DNA from: Octopus vulgaris
Taxonomy: Eukaryota
DNA: 64,000 nt
Direction: 5' to 3'
Assembly (NCBI GenBank): GCA_951406725.2
Contig: OX597823.1
Coordinates: forward strand, 25,482,001 to 25,546,000
The notes beneath the pieces are model-generated. The model was not told where the DNA came from. It was given only the letters and a program-made list of their open reading frames with translations, and made no database searches. Below, piece after piece: positions 12,891 to 27,152 of this stretch (position 1 is its first letter; every line of letters starts with the position of its first letter). The position numbers and the translations under genes were made by a program.

Positions 12891-14044
12891 CTGAAATACA
12901 TTTAAACACAATGACTGTGAAAATTCAGAATATAGTAATCTGGTTTTGTAAGAAAATTATGTTTTGAAATATTTTCTTAATCGTAAATATCTTTACTTAC
13001 ATGTAACATTCTCAAAACTTACACAATCTCTCAATTGTCTCATTCCGTAAAGAATGATATAATCTCAAATGCATTATTCCCTAAAATGTATCCGTACTAT
13101 AAAATACGATATTCCTTAAAATTTCAGTTTTTTAAAATGGCAGTAAATTGACAAAACAATGAATAAGTGGTATATTGGGGAAAGATATTTAGTTTTACAA
13201 TAATATGTATAGAACATAATGTATTTGACAACCTACACAAGGATCATAGGACCAAATCCATGGCTGGCTTTCCATTGTGATTCAGACTAGCATCTTTTAT
13301 TCTCTTAAGCATTGATCCACTTAGGTAACGGATCATTGGCTTGTAAATTTTCAAGCTAGTGTTCCATTACTTTTATTCCAGACTGGACCCCATTTGCTTG
13401 GAGCTTCCATTACCAATAAAATATTTCTGTATGTTTCCTAACTTACTGTAACGTTCAAGTCACTATTATCGACGTTTATTTATACACAAACCTATACATA
13501 CACATAATTTCTGGAATATGAAACACATACTTTATAAGCGAGTGTGTGTCTGCGCTCGTATATATCCGATAGTGTTTGAGTGGTTACAAAATTGTCTATG
13601 ATTTACATGTGTTAAGAAGAGATATTATAAAGTGCTAATTGGTAATTTTGACATAATCTTTATGATGGCACAATCTATTTGATGTAATGAATAACATAAT
13701 AGCCTGGCAAGTGATAGATATGTAAATCAGCTCCCGAGATGCAACCAATTCGCTTTTTTCTGTATGGGAAATGCCTATATATCAATACGCTAAGGAAGAA
13801 ATGCGTTACGCTGTCACATGATTAGTCGAAGGAAAAGGTGAGGAGGGAGTAAAAAGTGAGGGAGAGAGAAGTGTCCATGATGTGAGGTAGAGGGAACGTA
13901 ATATTCATTACGGGGTTAAAAAGTTTGTTGGCGGTAGTTATATAGAGGAAGAGAATTAGAAATACAATGTTTAGCAGAGGAGTGAGGTTCTAGTGGTGTA
14001 GTTAAAGAAAGACAGAGAGGGAGAGAGAAAGACAAAGAGAGAAT

Positions 14045-14185
<141 letters not shown>

Positions 14186-14739
14186 AAGAGAGAATATGGT
14201 TGTTATTGCCAGAGGGAAATTTTAAACATCATATATTATTGACTTATATTATTGACAAATGATACATCGCTGGATGGACGGAAGAAGGAATAATAATAAT
14301 AACCTTATCATAGAAAAATAGATTTTTTCAATGAAAGTGAAATAGCTTAGCAAAATAAGCGCAGATGTTGTATTTTGTTCGTGTTTTTGCATTTTGTTTT
14401 TTAAATTTGTTATTCTAGCTTTGTACTAACAGCAAGAGAAGCAGATATAAACAAAGAACTGAAATAAAATGAAACAATCGTGGTTGGGAAACAACTTAGA
14501 TTGAGCTTTGTTGTTGAAAGCTATAATTATGATGGTGGTGGTCACTGTAGTGATGATGATGATGGTGGTGGTCACTATAGTGATGATGATGATGGTGGTG
14601 GTCACTATAGTGATGATGATGATGGTGGTGAATGGGTAACGAAAAGTGTAGTCTTTATTTTTATTTTAACTGAACTATTTTTTAATATCACCTCTTTGCA
14701 TATGCACAAAGGCAGTTATTTACTGTCTGCTCGCTTGAA

Positions 14740-15190
14740 AATAGGTATTTATTTATGAAATATGGATGACACATGATGTAAGCTAACAACAGAAAGATTA
14801 AAACGGTATAGGCAATGATATAAAGAGAAACAGAGGTTCGAATCACTAAAACAAGCACGGGAGCATCAGTGTGTTGAAGGGAAAATATGAATCAAAGAGT
14901 ATAGAGTGAGTATTTACAAGAAATAAGGGAACGAGTTCAAGATAGAATATAAATAAAAATGAGAGAGAACGTCAAAAAACTGTAAACATATGGTTGAAAG
15001 TTACAACGTTGGTGACATAAATATTCTCTGTAATCATTGTGAAGCTATTGGATTTATAAATGAACCTCTGAACTGCTGAGAAGAAAGGAAAGTCATGTTC
15101 CTTCAATTAAAACCTTATCCAGAAAAACTGAAAGGTGCTTTTAAATAAAGATGATGCAGAATATACAATTTATAAAAGAATACTAAATTT
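14740..15190 (+). mobile_element. Helitron RepHel N-terminal remnant
   Basis: Decayed 'NVGDINILCNHCEAIGFINEPLNC*EERKV..QLKPYPEKL', the typical Helitron N-terminal zinc motif. Confidence 0.6.
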
Positions 15191-15521
15191 TGTGACCCTT
15201 TATAAACTTATAATCACCTAAAGAATCTCGTATTTAGCATGGAGTTCCCACTGCTATTGCTAGTATATAATTAACTAACACCACCTTCACAATCACAGTC
15301 ATCATCACCAACACTATCATCACCATCATCTCCATCGCTACTATAACCATCACTTCATTACCGTCAATACCATTAATACCACTACTATCATGCCATCGTC
15401 ATCATCATCACTATTTCTATCATCACCACCTCATTCAGAGCAAGAGACAGAAAGAGAGAGAGGGGGGGAGAGAACCTGGAATGAGACGAAGATAAAGAAG
15501 TATGTGTTTAGTTATACTCAC

Positions 15522-15681
15522 AAATAAACAACTAACATCATCTGGGAATTCAGTGGCGAAAAATGTCATAACTGCTGTATTGATTGTACCACAACCCAAA
15601 GATTCTAAAGCTCTCACAATGAAACTTAGTATGATGAACACCATATTATAAGAACCCTGCTTAGGGATGTATTCAAGCAAT
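15522..15681 (-). CDS. SLC18B1: SLC18B1-like coding exon 4 (LLEYIPKQGSYNMVFIILSFIVRALESLG...EFPDDVSCLF)
   Basis: ctctctcatcag acceptor, gtgagt donor, 160 nt, phase 2/0. Has the SLC18B1 'F..R..E.LG' and 'EFP' motifs. Confidence 0.9.
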
Positions 15682-17541
15682 CTGATGAGAGAGAAATATA
15701 CAAATATTAATAATGGTTTCTAACAACAGTGCAAGGTTACCCATTTTCATAGTGAGAACATTCGAAAACAGGAAACTCAAATATATATTTTGTCAGTAAG
15801 AAAACAAATGAAATAGTAATAAAAATAAATATGATTATATTTTTGTCATGAGAAAAGAAAAATGATCAATGTTTCGAATTTAATCTCTTTCTGTTTTTTA
15901 GTTTACCCAGTGGCACCCCAGGGCCAGATTTATAGGGATATGGTGAGGCAATTGCTCCGGGTATCTAGATATTGGGGACCCCTGCTAGGAAAGGTATGTA
16001 ACACTCAATACAGGAAGCCCCGCTACCACCTTCCAGCAATCAGGCATGATGAGGTACACTCAATATAGAAAATTATCTTGACTTCTTAAAAAATGTAATG
16101 GATTCTCTTTAATGATAAACACCCATAGATTTTTGCCACTTTAGAGATACCAAATAATTCAATTAAAAAACAATTTATTGCCTTTACTGCCAGTCCCTAA
16201 ACACTTACAATTCCAAAGGAAATTGTAACTGCTTTGGGGATAGCTGAGAAAAGGGGAATAACAGAACACTCCTGAAAATGTATGTATGTATCTGAGATAG
16301 CTAATAAAATATCTGGATAATTGTTGGCGAAGAAGCTATGGTGAAGAAGCTATAAAAAATATTTTACGTTGAGATTTTAGATTTAGCTGAGTTTCATTCA
16401 TTTCATAGTATGTGATAATTTTCCATAATCCTCTTTCATTTGATCAAGATATTTTAAATTTTGTTGCATTTTCGATGTCTAACGATGGATGCGTACGTGT
16501 ATGACTCTTTTTTTAAAAATCAATTCTAGAAAGCTGGAAACGCAGATTTACATTGTCTTGTCTTACCCATTTTGCCCCGCCTGAATTTGTCTTTTATATG
16601 CTCAAAAAGAACGGCGATGATTTTCTGAAATATTGTTCTGAATATGTTGTAGGTTTTACTGCGTTTAGAGAAGATTTTTACTTCTCTGATATGGATTTGG
16701 CAAGGTAGTGAACATGCGTAAAACATAATCTTTTCTCGAAGTGAAAAATGCTGTAAATATTACTCATTGTACCCCACTTACTCTTACTGGAAACTGGAAA
16801 TAGCTGTCTGAATTTCCCCGTTTTTGTCTCTACCCCCTCCTCTCTCTCTCTCTCACACACACACACACTTATCATGCCTTTGGAACAAACAACAACCACA
16901 AAAATGATTTTTTTCTTTTATGTAATTTTCTGTCATTTTATCTTATTTTACATTCTCAAATATATGTAGTTCACATTAAAAGAAAAAAAACTCTTACTTC
17001 ACTCTTCTCTCCTTCATTGTACTTTTCACAATGAAGGAAAAAATCAAATACCGCAAGTGGATGTGTGAAAAACGAAATTTGAATTTTGAAAAAGTATATC
17101 TATAAAGCAAAATTTTCAGTTTAAAATTTCAATTTAAACTTTCTCTGGTAACTCATCAAATTCAATTATTGGAAATAGATGGGTTTTGAGATTTAGATTT
17201 AGTAATTTTCTAAGATTATAAGTCTTGGGTATAAGTGACCCACTGAACTTGAAGTGCCCCCACCCTCTTGGTTTAAATCCGGTCCTAGGCTCCACTTCTG
17301 CTTTGCAGCTTCAGGAACATTGACATTATTTTTGATTGCGTACACCTTTTAGTATCAATAATTGCTTATATTTTCTCTAATTCTTCCTCGTTTTTTTTTC
17401 ATCACAATCATTTAATCACTCCTGGTGCATACAAACATGCATACATTCATAGTACTTGACCGTCCTACCCATACTTACTCACTCATGCTAAGACATACTC
17501 TGACTCTGCCGCTATTTACTAATCTTTTAGCACCTGTCCGA

Positions 17542-17659
17542 AATAATGGATGATGGAAGGAAGATAGATATGTATTTAGTTTTTTAGGATGCCCACGATC
17601 TATCTCCACCATCCTAAAAAACTAAATACATATCTATCTTCCTTCCATCATCCATTATT
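17542..17659. repeat. Perfect 50-bp inverted repeat with an 18-nt spacer
   Basis: 17542-17591 is the exact reverse complement of 17610-17659. Confidence 0.95.
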
Positions 17660-18418
17660 ATCAAGACTCCTTGCTTTTTCTCTTCTTTTTGTCTTGATAA
17701 AGAGCCTGTGGCCAAAACGTTGGAAATTTCGCTTTTCCTTGTAATATATGCATTACGTTATTTATTAATTTTTTTTACTTCTTATATTGATTACTTGTCG
17801 ATGTGGCCCCCACAACAAATTCTTCAGATTTGGACTTTAACTCATCTTGGTAGATCTGATCTCAATGTAAAAGATAGATAGCCAAATACCACATAATCAA
17901 TCCATTGTCCTTCGTAATAATGATACTAATAATAATTATAGCATATAACATTGACACAAGGCCACATATTTACTGAATCGACTTACTTAACTGGTATCTA
18001 TGTCATCAAGATGTAAAAGATCAATGGCAGTCGTTGATCTTGGTTGGACTTGAACTTAGAACATAAAGAGATTAATTAGATACAGCTCTGCTAACTCTGA
18101 AATCTTAATAATTGTAATGATAGTATGTCTACAAAGAAACACAATCAGCAGCTTCTTAGACACAGTGGCTTTTCAGAGTAGATTCATAAATTAGCCAAAT
18201 ATATGAACCTGAAAATGAGCCTTTAAAACAATATTATAGATATGACAGATGAAATCATGATGCAACTCATACACCAAACTTGACTCAATAAAACATTCAT
18301 ACAGGATTTGCCAGTACTATATTTCATTCAGTATCAATCTCACAAGTGACTTTACAAAGTACGCAAAAATAACAAACAATACGACAATATGAAAAAATTC
18401 TGAACAAATCTTACTTAC

Positions 18419-18492
18419 CCAAAAATAACTGTGTTAATGGCAGAAGACCCGATTGCAACATATATGATATGCTTTAATTCAAAATGGTAGAC
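18419..18492 (-). CDS. SLC18B1: SLC18B1-like coding exon 3 (VYHFELKHIIYVAIGSSAINTVIFG)
   Basis: tttcttacag acceptor, gtaagt donor, 74 nt, phase 0/2. Confidence 0.85.
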
Positions 18493-18789
18493 CTGTAAGA
18501 AATAAACAGACAACAATTGCGAATGAGTCCTGTTGATTTATTATCATATTTAAAAAAATAGATCCCATCACCTTCAAAGGAAACTTGAACAAATTTCTTC
18601 AAGGGATACCAAATAAACTGCCTGCTCTTGTAGGCAGTTTACATGTCAGTCAACAGCAACTCTCTACTTGAATGGACCATGATACCACAAAACTTGATTT
18701 TAAAATGACTTAAACTCAAACAGGTGGTGCTACTAAGTTAGACATGGCTTGAGCTAATCTTTGGCCGAAGTGTATCTAAGTCATCTAAG

Positions 18790-20190
<1,401 letters not shown>

Positions 20191-20640
20191 CAAAAAATAG
20201 TATTTCTCAATAAGCAGACCAATATTTGTTGATTTAATTACGAATCGAGAGGTTACTACGGTTTTACTTTGGGAAATATTGCCATCGATCAACATCCAAT
20301 ATACAGAAAACAAATGAAAAAACTGCTTTTTTTCCCCAAATATGAGGCATTTCTGTACAACAAAAATGGTAGCTAACCAAGAAAAGTAACGTCATTTTCA
20401 GATTCAGCGCCCTCCAATAAGCTTTAAAAAAATGTTTGGTGTCTCGACACCATTTCAAAAATTATTTTTTGTTGACCAATGTAATTGTTGAAGACTTTTA
20501 AGTAGAATCAGTCGACCTCAGTGATTTTTGAGTTATAGTTTTATTAGAGTGTGTTAAAGAGCTGGATTAAAGGATGTTTATAAATTGACTTTATTGAAAG
20601 TAATATCCTAAATGAATATCTAATGATCATAGATGTGTTA

Positions 20641-20697
<57 letters not shown>

Positions 20698-20700
<3 letters not shown>

Positions 20701-21895
20701 GGGTTGGACAAAATAATGGAAACACATTAAAATTTTAAACAAATTTATTTTGATATGGGTAGGACCGCATTTGGCAGTAATTACAGCTTGAATTCTACAA
20801 GGCATGGACTCGTATAAAGTTTGAATTGTTTCGAAAGGAATTTTTGTTCATTCTTCACCTAAAACAGTCTCCAGTTCTTGTAGTGATGATGGTGGAGAAT
20901 ATCGACTCCTTTCTTGTTTTTCTAAAATGCACCATAAATGTTCAATAATATTGTGATCTGGGGACTATGGTGGCCAGATAAGATGTTCAACTTCACTAGA
21001 ATGTTCCTCATGCCATTCAGTAACAACTTCAGCTGTGTGAATTGGTGCATTATCATCCTGAAAGATTGCTTCTCCCTCCGGAAACAGTTCCGTAACCATA
21101 GGATAAATTTGATCCGATAAAATGCTTAAATAGTTGTGACTATTAATTCTGCCATGAAAAGAAATCATTGGGCCGGCGGATCTCCAAGATTTAGCCCCTC
21201 TCCACTGATCATAACAGATCCTCTTCCATGTATAACAGTTGGAAGAAGGCAGTCTGGGTCAAATGCTTCTTTTGGCTGTCTCCACACGTATACTCGGTCG
21301 GTGTAGGTTTTTACTCCACTCTAAACACTTTCCAATGTTTGTTTTTGAAAGTAATGGTTTTCTGATTGCAACCCTCCCGTGCAATCCGGCTTTGTGCAGA
21401 TCCCGGCAAACAATTTTTGTGGAAATTGGGTTCTCGATGTGGTCATTAGGCTCTGCAGTAATTCTCGGGGCTGCACTTTTGTGATCCTTTTTAACAATTC
21501 GCGCAAGAGTCTGATGGTCCCTATCTGAAAGTTTTGGTTTTCTTCTGGAGATTTGTTTTGACGAGGAGGTTTTTCCCTCTTACTTAAAGGCTGTCATTAC
21601 TATCGAGACAGTACTTTTTGATACACTAAACATTTCGACTCTTTTCGTTACGCGAGCGCCTGCAATAGGAGCAGCAACAATTTGATCTCTTTGAAAGTCC
21701 GATAGATCTGTCATTTTAATTAATTTTAATTACCTTTTCCTGATGATATCCGAAAAGAAACAGCAATTTTAGCAAAACATATTAAGCAGCACTAATAATA
21801 AGTAAAAAAGCATAAAAATGATCAAGATTTTAACTGTTATATAGATATTTCAAAATTATGATGCTAGGTGCTTCCATTATTTTGTCCAATCCCTG
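20698..21895 (-). mobile_element. Tc1-family DNA transposon, decayed full length
   Basis: TIRs caggggttggacaaaataatggaa / ttccattattttgtccaatccctg, TA TSD. Transposase 'FQDDNAPIHTA...IWPP'. Confidence 0.92.
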
Positions 21896-21934
21896 TATAT
21901 ATGTGCGTGTATATATATATATATATATATATAA

Positions 21935-22134
21935 GGAGAATTCACGATAAAAACAAAAGACGAAGACAGGTGGTGTAGAAAACAAACCGATGTATTAGTA
22001 TAACGCTCGAGAATTGAAAAAGTCTTTTACGCTTCGAACCTACGCTCTTCCACAGAAAGGAACACAGAAATAAACAAGGAGAGAAACAAGGAGAGAAAAA
22101 AATGCGTGTAGTGGCTACCGATCTATCATAGCGA

Positions 22135-22135
<1 letters not shown>
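21935..22135 (-). mobile_element. PLE-derived 3' module with a variant hammerhead (copy 1 of 3)
   Basis: Homologous to 31090-31290 and 32234-32422. Lies in (TA)n. Confidence 0.7.
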
Positions 22136-22186
<51 letters not shown>

Positions 22187-22189
22187 CGT

Positions 22190-25067
22190 TTTTAGAAAAA
22201 CATAAATCCGGTGAAGAAACACACTCTAAAATGTAGACCAGTCTATACTTTTTCCTGGTGAAGGCCGGTTTATGGTGTTACCCTGGGTTTCCCGTACATA
22301 AAGGGTTTAACCTTATGGCGTATAGTCAGATCTCAAGAGTTGTCGGGCTAAGACCTCTTTCAAATATGAAGTGGGGTATCCTCGGTAGAAAGGCAGATGT
22401 AAACAAGAGGGCTATCGACTTCCGCCCGTACCGCCATCATTCAGCTCTGAGGGTAAATAATAAGGGATTATCTCCCTCTTTCCCGTTAGCTACTAACTTC
22501 CGGCTGTGCCACAACCTTGTGGTTTCCAAAAGGCAGGCAGAAATTTCCTAAAATGCAAACATGACCCGAAAATCTCCGTTCTGGAATTAAGTATAATCCC
22601 TGGTTCGAGTGAGTCGTTTAGGATTCTCGTGCCTTCGGCTACGCATAGCTTGCAGCGTTTCAACTCGTTGATGTAGGGGCCTGGGTTTTCGAGGATTTTC
22701 CATGAGATCAAGTGTGGAACTTTGTCTTCTTTTAGTTATCAAACGTGGTTGTCCTGCGATGTTACGTATCTCCTTTCCAAGACTCTGAAAGAGGATCCAT
22801 GGTTGGAAAATCTTATCTTGAACGAATTTCCAATACAACCATTGTATTTTCGTGAACGTGCAATGTCGGTACTCGTTCCTATTATTGTTGTTGCTATCTC
22901 TGCTGCTGTTGCTGCCGCTGTTGTAGTTGTAGCTGCTGATGTGGTTGCTGTCGTTGCTGTCACCGATGTTGTTGCTACTGCCGTTGATGCTATTGATGAT
23001 GCTAATGCTGATAATGTTGGAGCTGGGGCTGTTGGTGTTGGTGCCGGGCTGCTGGTGTTGGTACTGCTGGAGGTGGTGGTTGCGTCGGTAATTCTACAGC
23101 CCCTGTGTGTTTCCGGTGATGCACCTGTTGATGCTGTTACTAATACTGTCGATGTTGTCGTTGACGTTGTTCCTGCCATTGCTATTGTTGTTGTCGTTGC
23201 CTACGATGCTGTTGCTGGAGCTGCTGGTGTTGGTGTTGGCGTTGGTGTAAGTGTTGGTGTTGGTATTGGCGGAGGTGGAGTGGCGGAAGCATTGGTACAG
23301 CTATCGCCTTTGCCGGTTATGGAGGAGACGTTGTAGTTACTAACGTTGTGGCTAAAGTGGTTACTAACATTATTGCGGTCTTCACCGATATAGGTGGGGG
23401 GGGGGAGTACTTCTACCAGAGGTTTCAGTAGACGAGATTATGCTGGTACTTCTGCTAAGGTCGCTGCCGCTGTTGATATAGATGGTGTCGGTACTGGATC
23501 TGTTACTGCTACTGCAATCGGTCCTATCAGGGTAGGCATTGGCAGGGCTGCTACTGTGGACATCAGGGAAGCTGTTGGTGTTGTTGTTGTTGGTGTCGAT
23601 GTGTTTTCTGTTGTTGACGTCACTAAAATGTCCACTGTGGTGGTGGTGTTGGCTCTGTTAGTTCAGTTGTCGTATCTACGGCCGCTTTTGTTTCTGCCGG
23701 TAGAATTGGCATGGTTCACTCGTACTTCGGCTTGATAGACTACTCCTTTGGTTTTGCAGTGGCCTCCTACCGGCCAACTGTTGCGGAGCCTGCATGAACA
23801 ACCTGCCTCTTCCTGTAGCCAAGGCACGCTAACTAGCATGCTCTTTATATTAGGGGCACAACTAAACGAGACTCTAACGTTGTGCCTCGTGAAAATTTGT
23901 CCGTACATATGGGAGCTTGTAAAGTGCTTGTCTATTAATTTCAAGAAAAGTCTACCGACGAGCGTTATAATGTGACGGGAGAAGTAGGTGCAAACCAAAT
24001 TGTATTTCTGCAGGGTTTCTTTTTACGGTTGTTGGGTTCCGGTATATAGGAGATGCGGTCCCTAAGCACGCTGTCGGATAGGGCTTCATTATAGTATAGG
24101 GCCGACGCGCCGAAGGCTTCTTGGTTAGAGGAAAGGTTTGAAATCCTTTTGCCTTTACCCTTTACCAGGTTCCTGAACACGATGGGTGGGTGTCAGGAGG
24201 CTGTGTTGATGTATGTTAGCATCTCGTTTGTTTAGCGGTACAGCCTGTGAGTACCGGAGCCCAGGTCCAGCTTGACATCTAAGAAGTATGCTGTGGTGAG
24301 TTTGGTTTCTATGGTGATCTTCAATCCCACGAACGCAAGCATGCTGATTAAGTCCTTCTTAAGCCTATCTAGTGCATAGCCTCTTACTTCCTTAGAGATG
24401 ACAAGAGCGTCATCTGTATAGAGGCCAAAGAGAACTGAGGGAAACTTTTTCCTAAGGGTGTCCAGGATGTACAACCCTATGAGGTCGCACGTGTCGTAGG
24501 CCCCCGTCGCTACGTCAAAGGAGCACGTGGGGTCGGATTGCTTGACCTGTCATGCATAATAATTTTTACATCTCTGTCGCTAAAGCTAGTGAAGCCGCTA
24601 TCGAAAGAAAGCGCTTTGGTCAGTAGCGTTTTAGATATAGACAAGTAAAAGTCGAATATATCAAATTGCGTGAAACTTGCCCTGCCTCTACCCTGGTTGA
24701 GGTTAAACCATGCTTTCACTTCGTTGGTGACCCCTACATCAACGGGGCGAAACACTTCAAGCTATGCATAACCGAACGCACAAGAATCCTAAAATTCGCT
24801 AAAGAGAGCCAGGCACTATGTTTAACTCCAGAACAGAGATTTTCGAGCCATGTTTGCATTTTAGGAAATTTCTGCCGACATTTTGGGAACCACAATGTTG
24901 CGGCACAGTCAGAAGTTTGCAACTAACGGAAGAGAGAGATAATCCCTTATTGTTTACCCTCAGTGCTGAATGATGGCGATACGGGCGGAATTCGATAGCC
25001 ATTAACAAAGGGAGATAACCCCCCTTGTTTACATCTGCCGTTCTACCGATGCTTCTCCCCTTCATAT
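22190..25067 (-). mobile_element. Penelope-like retroelement (RT plus C-terminal GIY-YIG, Hydra-type) with an inverted pLTR
   Basis: RT 'FTQFDIFDFYLSISK', 'GLYTDDAL', 'FLDVKLDL'; linker 'IDKHF...VRVSFSC'; CxC...C motif; EN. Arms 22362-22660 and 24749-25067 are inverted copies. (TA)n on both flanks. Confidence 0.9.
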
Positions 25068-25078
25068 ATATATATATA

Positions 25079-25470
25079 CTAGCAGTATCGCCCGGTGTTG
25101 CTCGGGTTTGTAAGGGAAATAACTATCTAAGCATTTTTAGAGATGTAAAGTATAATAGCCATCTCAATATGGTTAACCACAAAGGTGGGGTGTTACTGTG
25201 GCTTTTTACGTTCTGAGATTTAATAATAAATTTTTAGAGAGTTACTTCCCTTATATATGCCAAAAATGCATTAAAAATGGGAAAAATTAATGGTAATTTT
25301 TTTTTTAATCGTAGACTCATCGAAGAAGCGCGCTAATACCCAGAAGGGCTCGAAAAGAATCACGACTATAAGATACCCGGTTTTGGTTAAACTGCACCGC
25401 AAAATGTGGTAGTTAGGAATCTAAATCGTAGGAGACAGACAGCACACAACCTCACTTTTATATATAAAGA
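25079..25470 (-). mobile_element. Non-autonomous Helitron
   Basis: 5' TC(TTTATATATAAAAG), 3' hairpin cccgagcaacaccggg plus CTAG, A|T insertion site. Confidence 0.88.
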
Positions 25471-25616
25471 TATATATATATATAATGATACGTAATTGTA
25501 AGCTCCAAGGATATAGGTGTAATATGTGTGTGTGTGTGTGTGTGTGTGTGTACGTATGTATGTATGTATGTATGTATGTACGTATGTGTGCGTAAGGGAA
25601 CATTTAGTTGGCTTAC

Positions 25617-25712
25617 CATTTTTTTTACCATTTGTGGAGCCAGTACATTCATGAGTGGATAAACACCAAACAACAAGCTGATTAAAGTATTGTTCATTCC
25701 ACGAAGTTTAGC
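25617..25712 (-). CDS. SLC18B1: SLC18B1-like coding exon 2 (AKLRGMNNTLISLLFGVYPLMNVLAPQMVKKM)
   Basis: ttttccttcag acceptor, gtaagc donor, 96 nt, phase 0/0. Resembles SLC18B1 'AEKKGASNTIIGMIFGCFAL'. Confidence 0.85.
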
Positions 25713-26699
25713 CTGAAGGAAAAAAAATATCCATTTGGTTCATTAAATCTGATCAGTTATAGAGGTGTAATGGTGCATTATTGTAGGGACAAGTCCACGT
25801 ATTTTGTAGGAAGAATACAGTCGTTTAACTTAGACCCAAGTGCTTGACTAGTACTGATTTTATTTATATCCATAGAATGAAAGACAAATTCCTCCCCACT
25901 CCGTTATGAACAACTAAGTACAGCCAATCTGCCAGTCTTTTAAACTTGCACCACTCTTTTCTTAATCCCAATAACAACTGCAACTGAGAAAGAGATTAAG
26001 CGACGGTAAACCGAGTTCGTGACACGGTTTCCACTCTTAGTTGATATATTTCGCTTATACCAATAAATGACTTTGAGAAAGGCTTAGAAGTTACATAATC
26101 TATTTTTTTATAATAAATTGACGATCATTCTCTCAAATCAAAAATTAATACTTTCGCCATTAATCACAGGTGGAAAGCTACAAATCCAAAATCAAAAGAC
26201 CATTCTAGATCTCAGTTGTAGTGCCTTGAACGGCGGTGTTGTCAGACATAGTACTCAATATTTAGTTATGTCTCTTTAGGTTCTGTGTTCAAAGCTCACT
26301 TGTAATTGGCACAGCTTTTCTATCCATCCAAGGTGTCTATACAATAGATATACTAGTTATATACTGAGGTCAACAGTTTCCCTTCAATTTTGATCACTAC
26401 AATTTGTGTTTCGTATGAAATCAATACTTCCTTTTTTTTAAATATGGTCATTACCACTGTATGAAATGTTTTCGGTCCCTGTCAGCGCGCTACTAAGATT
26501 TAGGTTCAATTCCTAGTTGCACCTATTTTACTTTACTTCTCCAACATCGTTAATGTCCAAGAGAAGGACATAAATAACACTCTGTTTTATATTTGTTCTC
26601 CGGTAAATTAAATGTCATAGTTTTATTGTTTAACAAAGCAAATTTAAATAGTTTTAAAGAATTTACACCCAAGGAAATGTTTCTAATTGTGGAACACAA

Positions 26700-27152
26700 T
26701 TTGGTGCTACTTTGGTATACGATCTACGTATCATGAAACTGCTTTGGTATGCGACCTACACTTTATATTGTGATCTACAAGTAAAGTTATACTGATCGAG
26801 AACAAGGAAATCACCTGTATCGGTTTCGATAAAATGTCTGGTTAGAGAGTATGAAGCATAAATCTTAATAATAAATGTGTAAAATGTTTAAACATTTTAA
26901 TTATCTGTTTTTGTTGTTGTTGTTTTTTTTACTTTTCTAGCTGATGTTCGTTCGATTTTCCCATAAAATTAGTAAACGTGTTTCAAATCTACTTCATTTT
27001 GATTTTTTTTTAATAAATAAAAATGTATATATGTTTTATTTAAGCCATAATAAATATAAATAAATGAAACATGTAGATCGCATATTAAAGTAGAATTTGA
27101 CTTTTGTAGATCACGTTGGTTACGTAGATCGCATACCAAAGTAGCACCCAAA
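26700..27152. mobile_element. MITE with TIRs and subterminal 'gatctac' repeats
   Basis: ttggtgctactttggtatacgatctacgta / tacgtagatcgcataccaaagtagcacccaa. Confidence 0.7.

Noticed and set aside
14530-14630. 30-bp tandem repeat encoding GGGHYSDDDD
   Set aside because: An intronic minisatellite of GAT/GGT triplets with no splice or coding support.
15919-17287. hAT-like element with cagggcc.gattt termini
   Set aside because: The TIRs are short and imperfect, there is no convincing 8-bp TSD, and no transposase motif is recognisable.
23378-23395. 'TYIGE' inside the insert as the true YIG motif
   Set aside because: It is not followed by the F-K-x-R-x-x-N-H helix, which follows the KYNG motif at 22846.
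22722-23735. Plus-strand Val/Ala-rich ORFs as membrane proteins
   Set aside because: They are the antisense shadow of the Thr-rich PLE insert.
24960-25000. CTGAATGA...GGAA motif in the pLTR as a hammerhead
   Set aside because: It has an extra core base and a poor stem II in both arms, so it is too degenerate to call.
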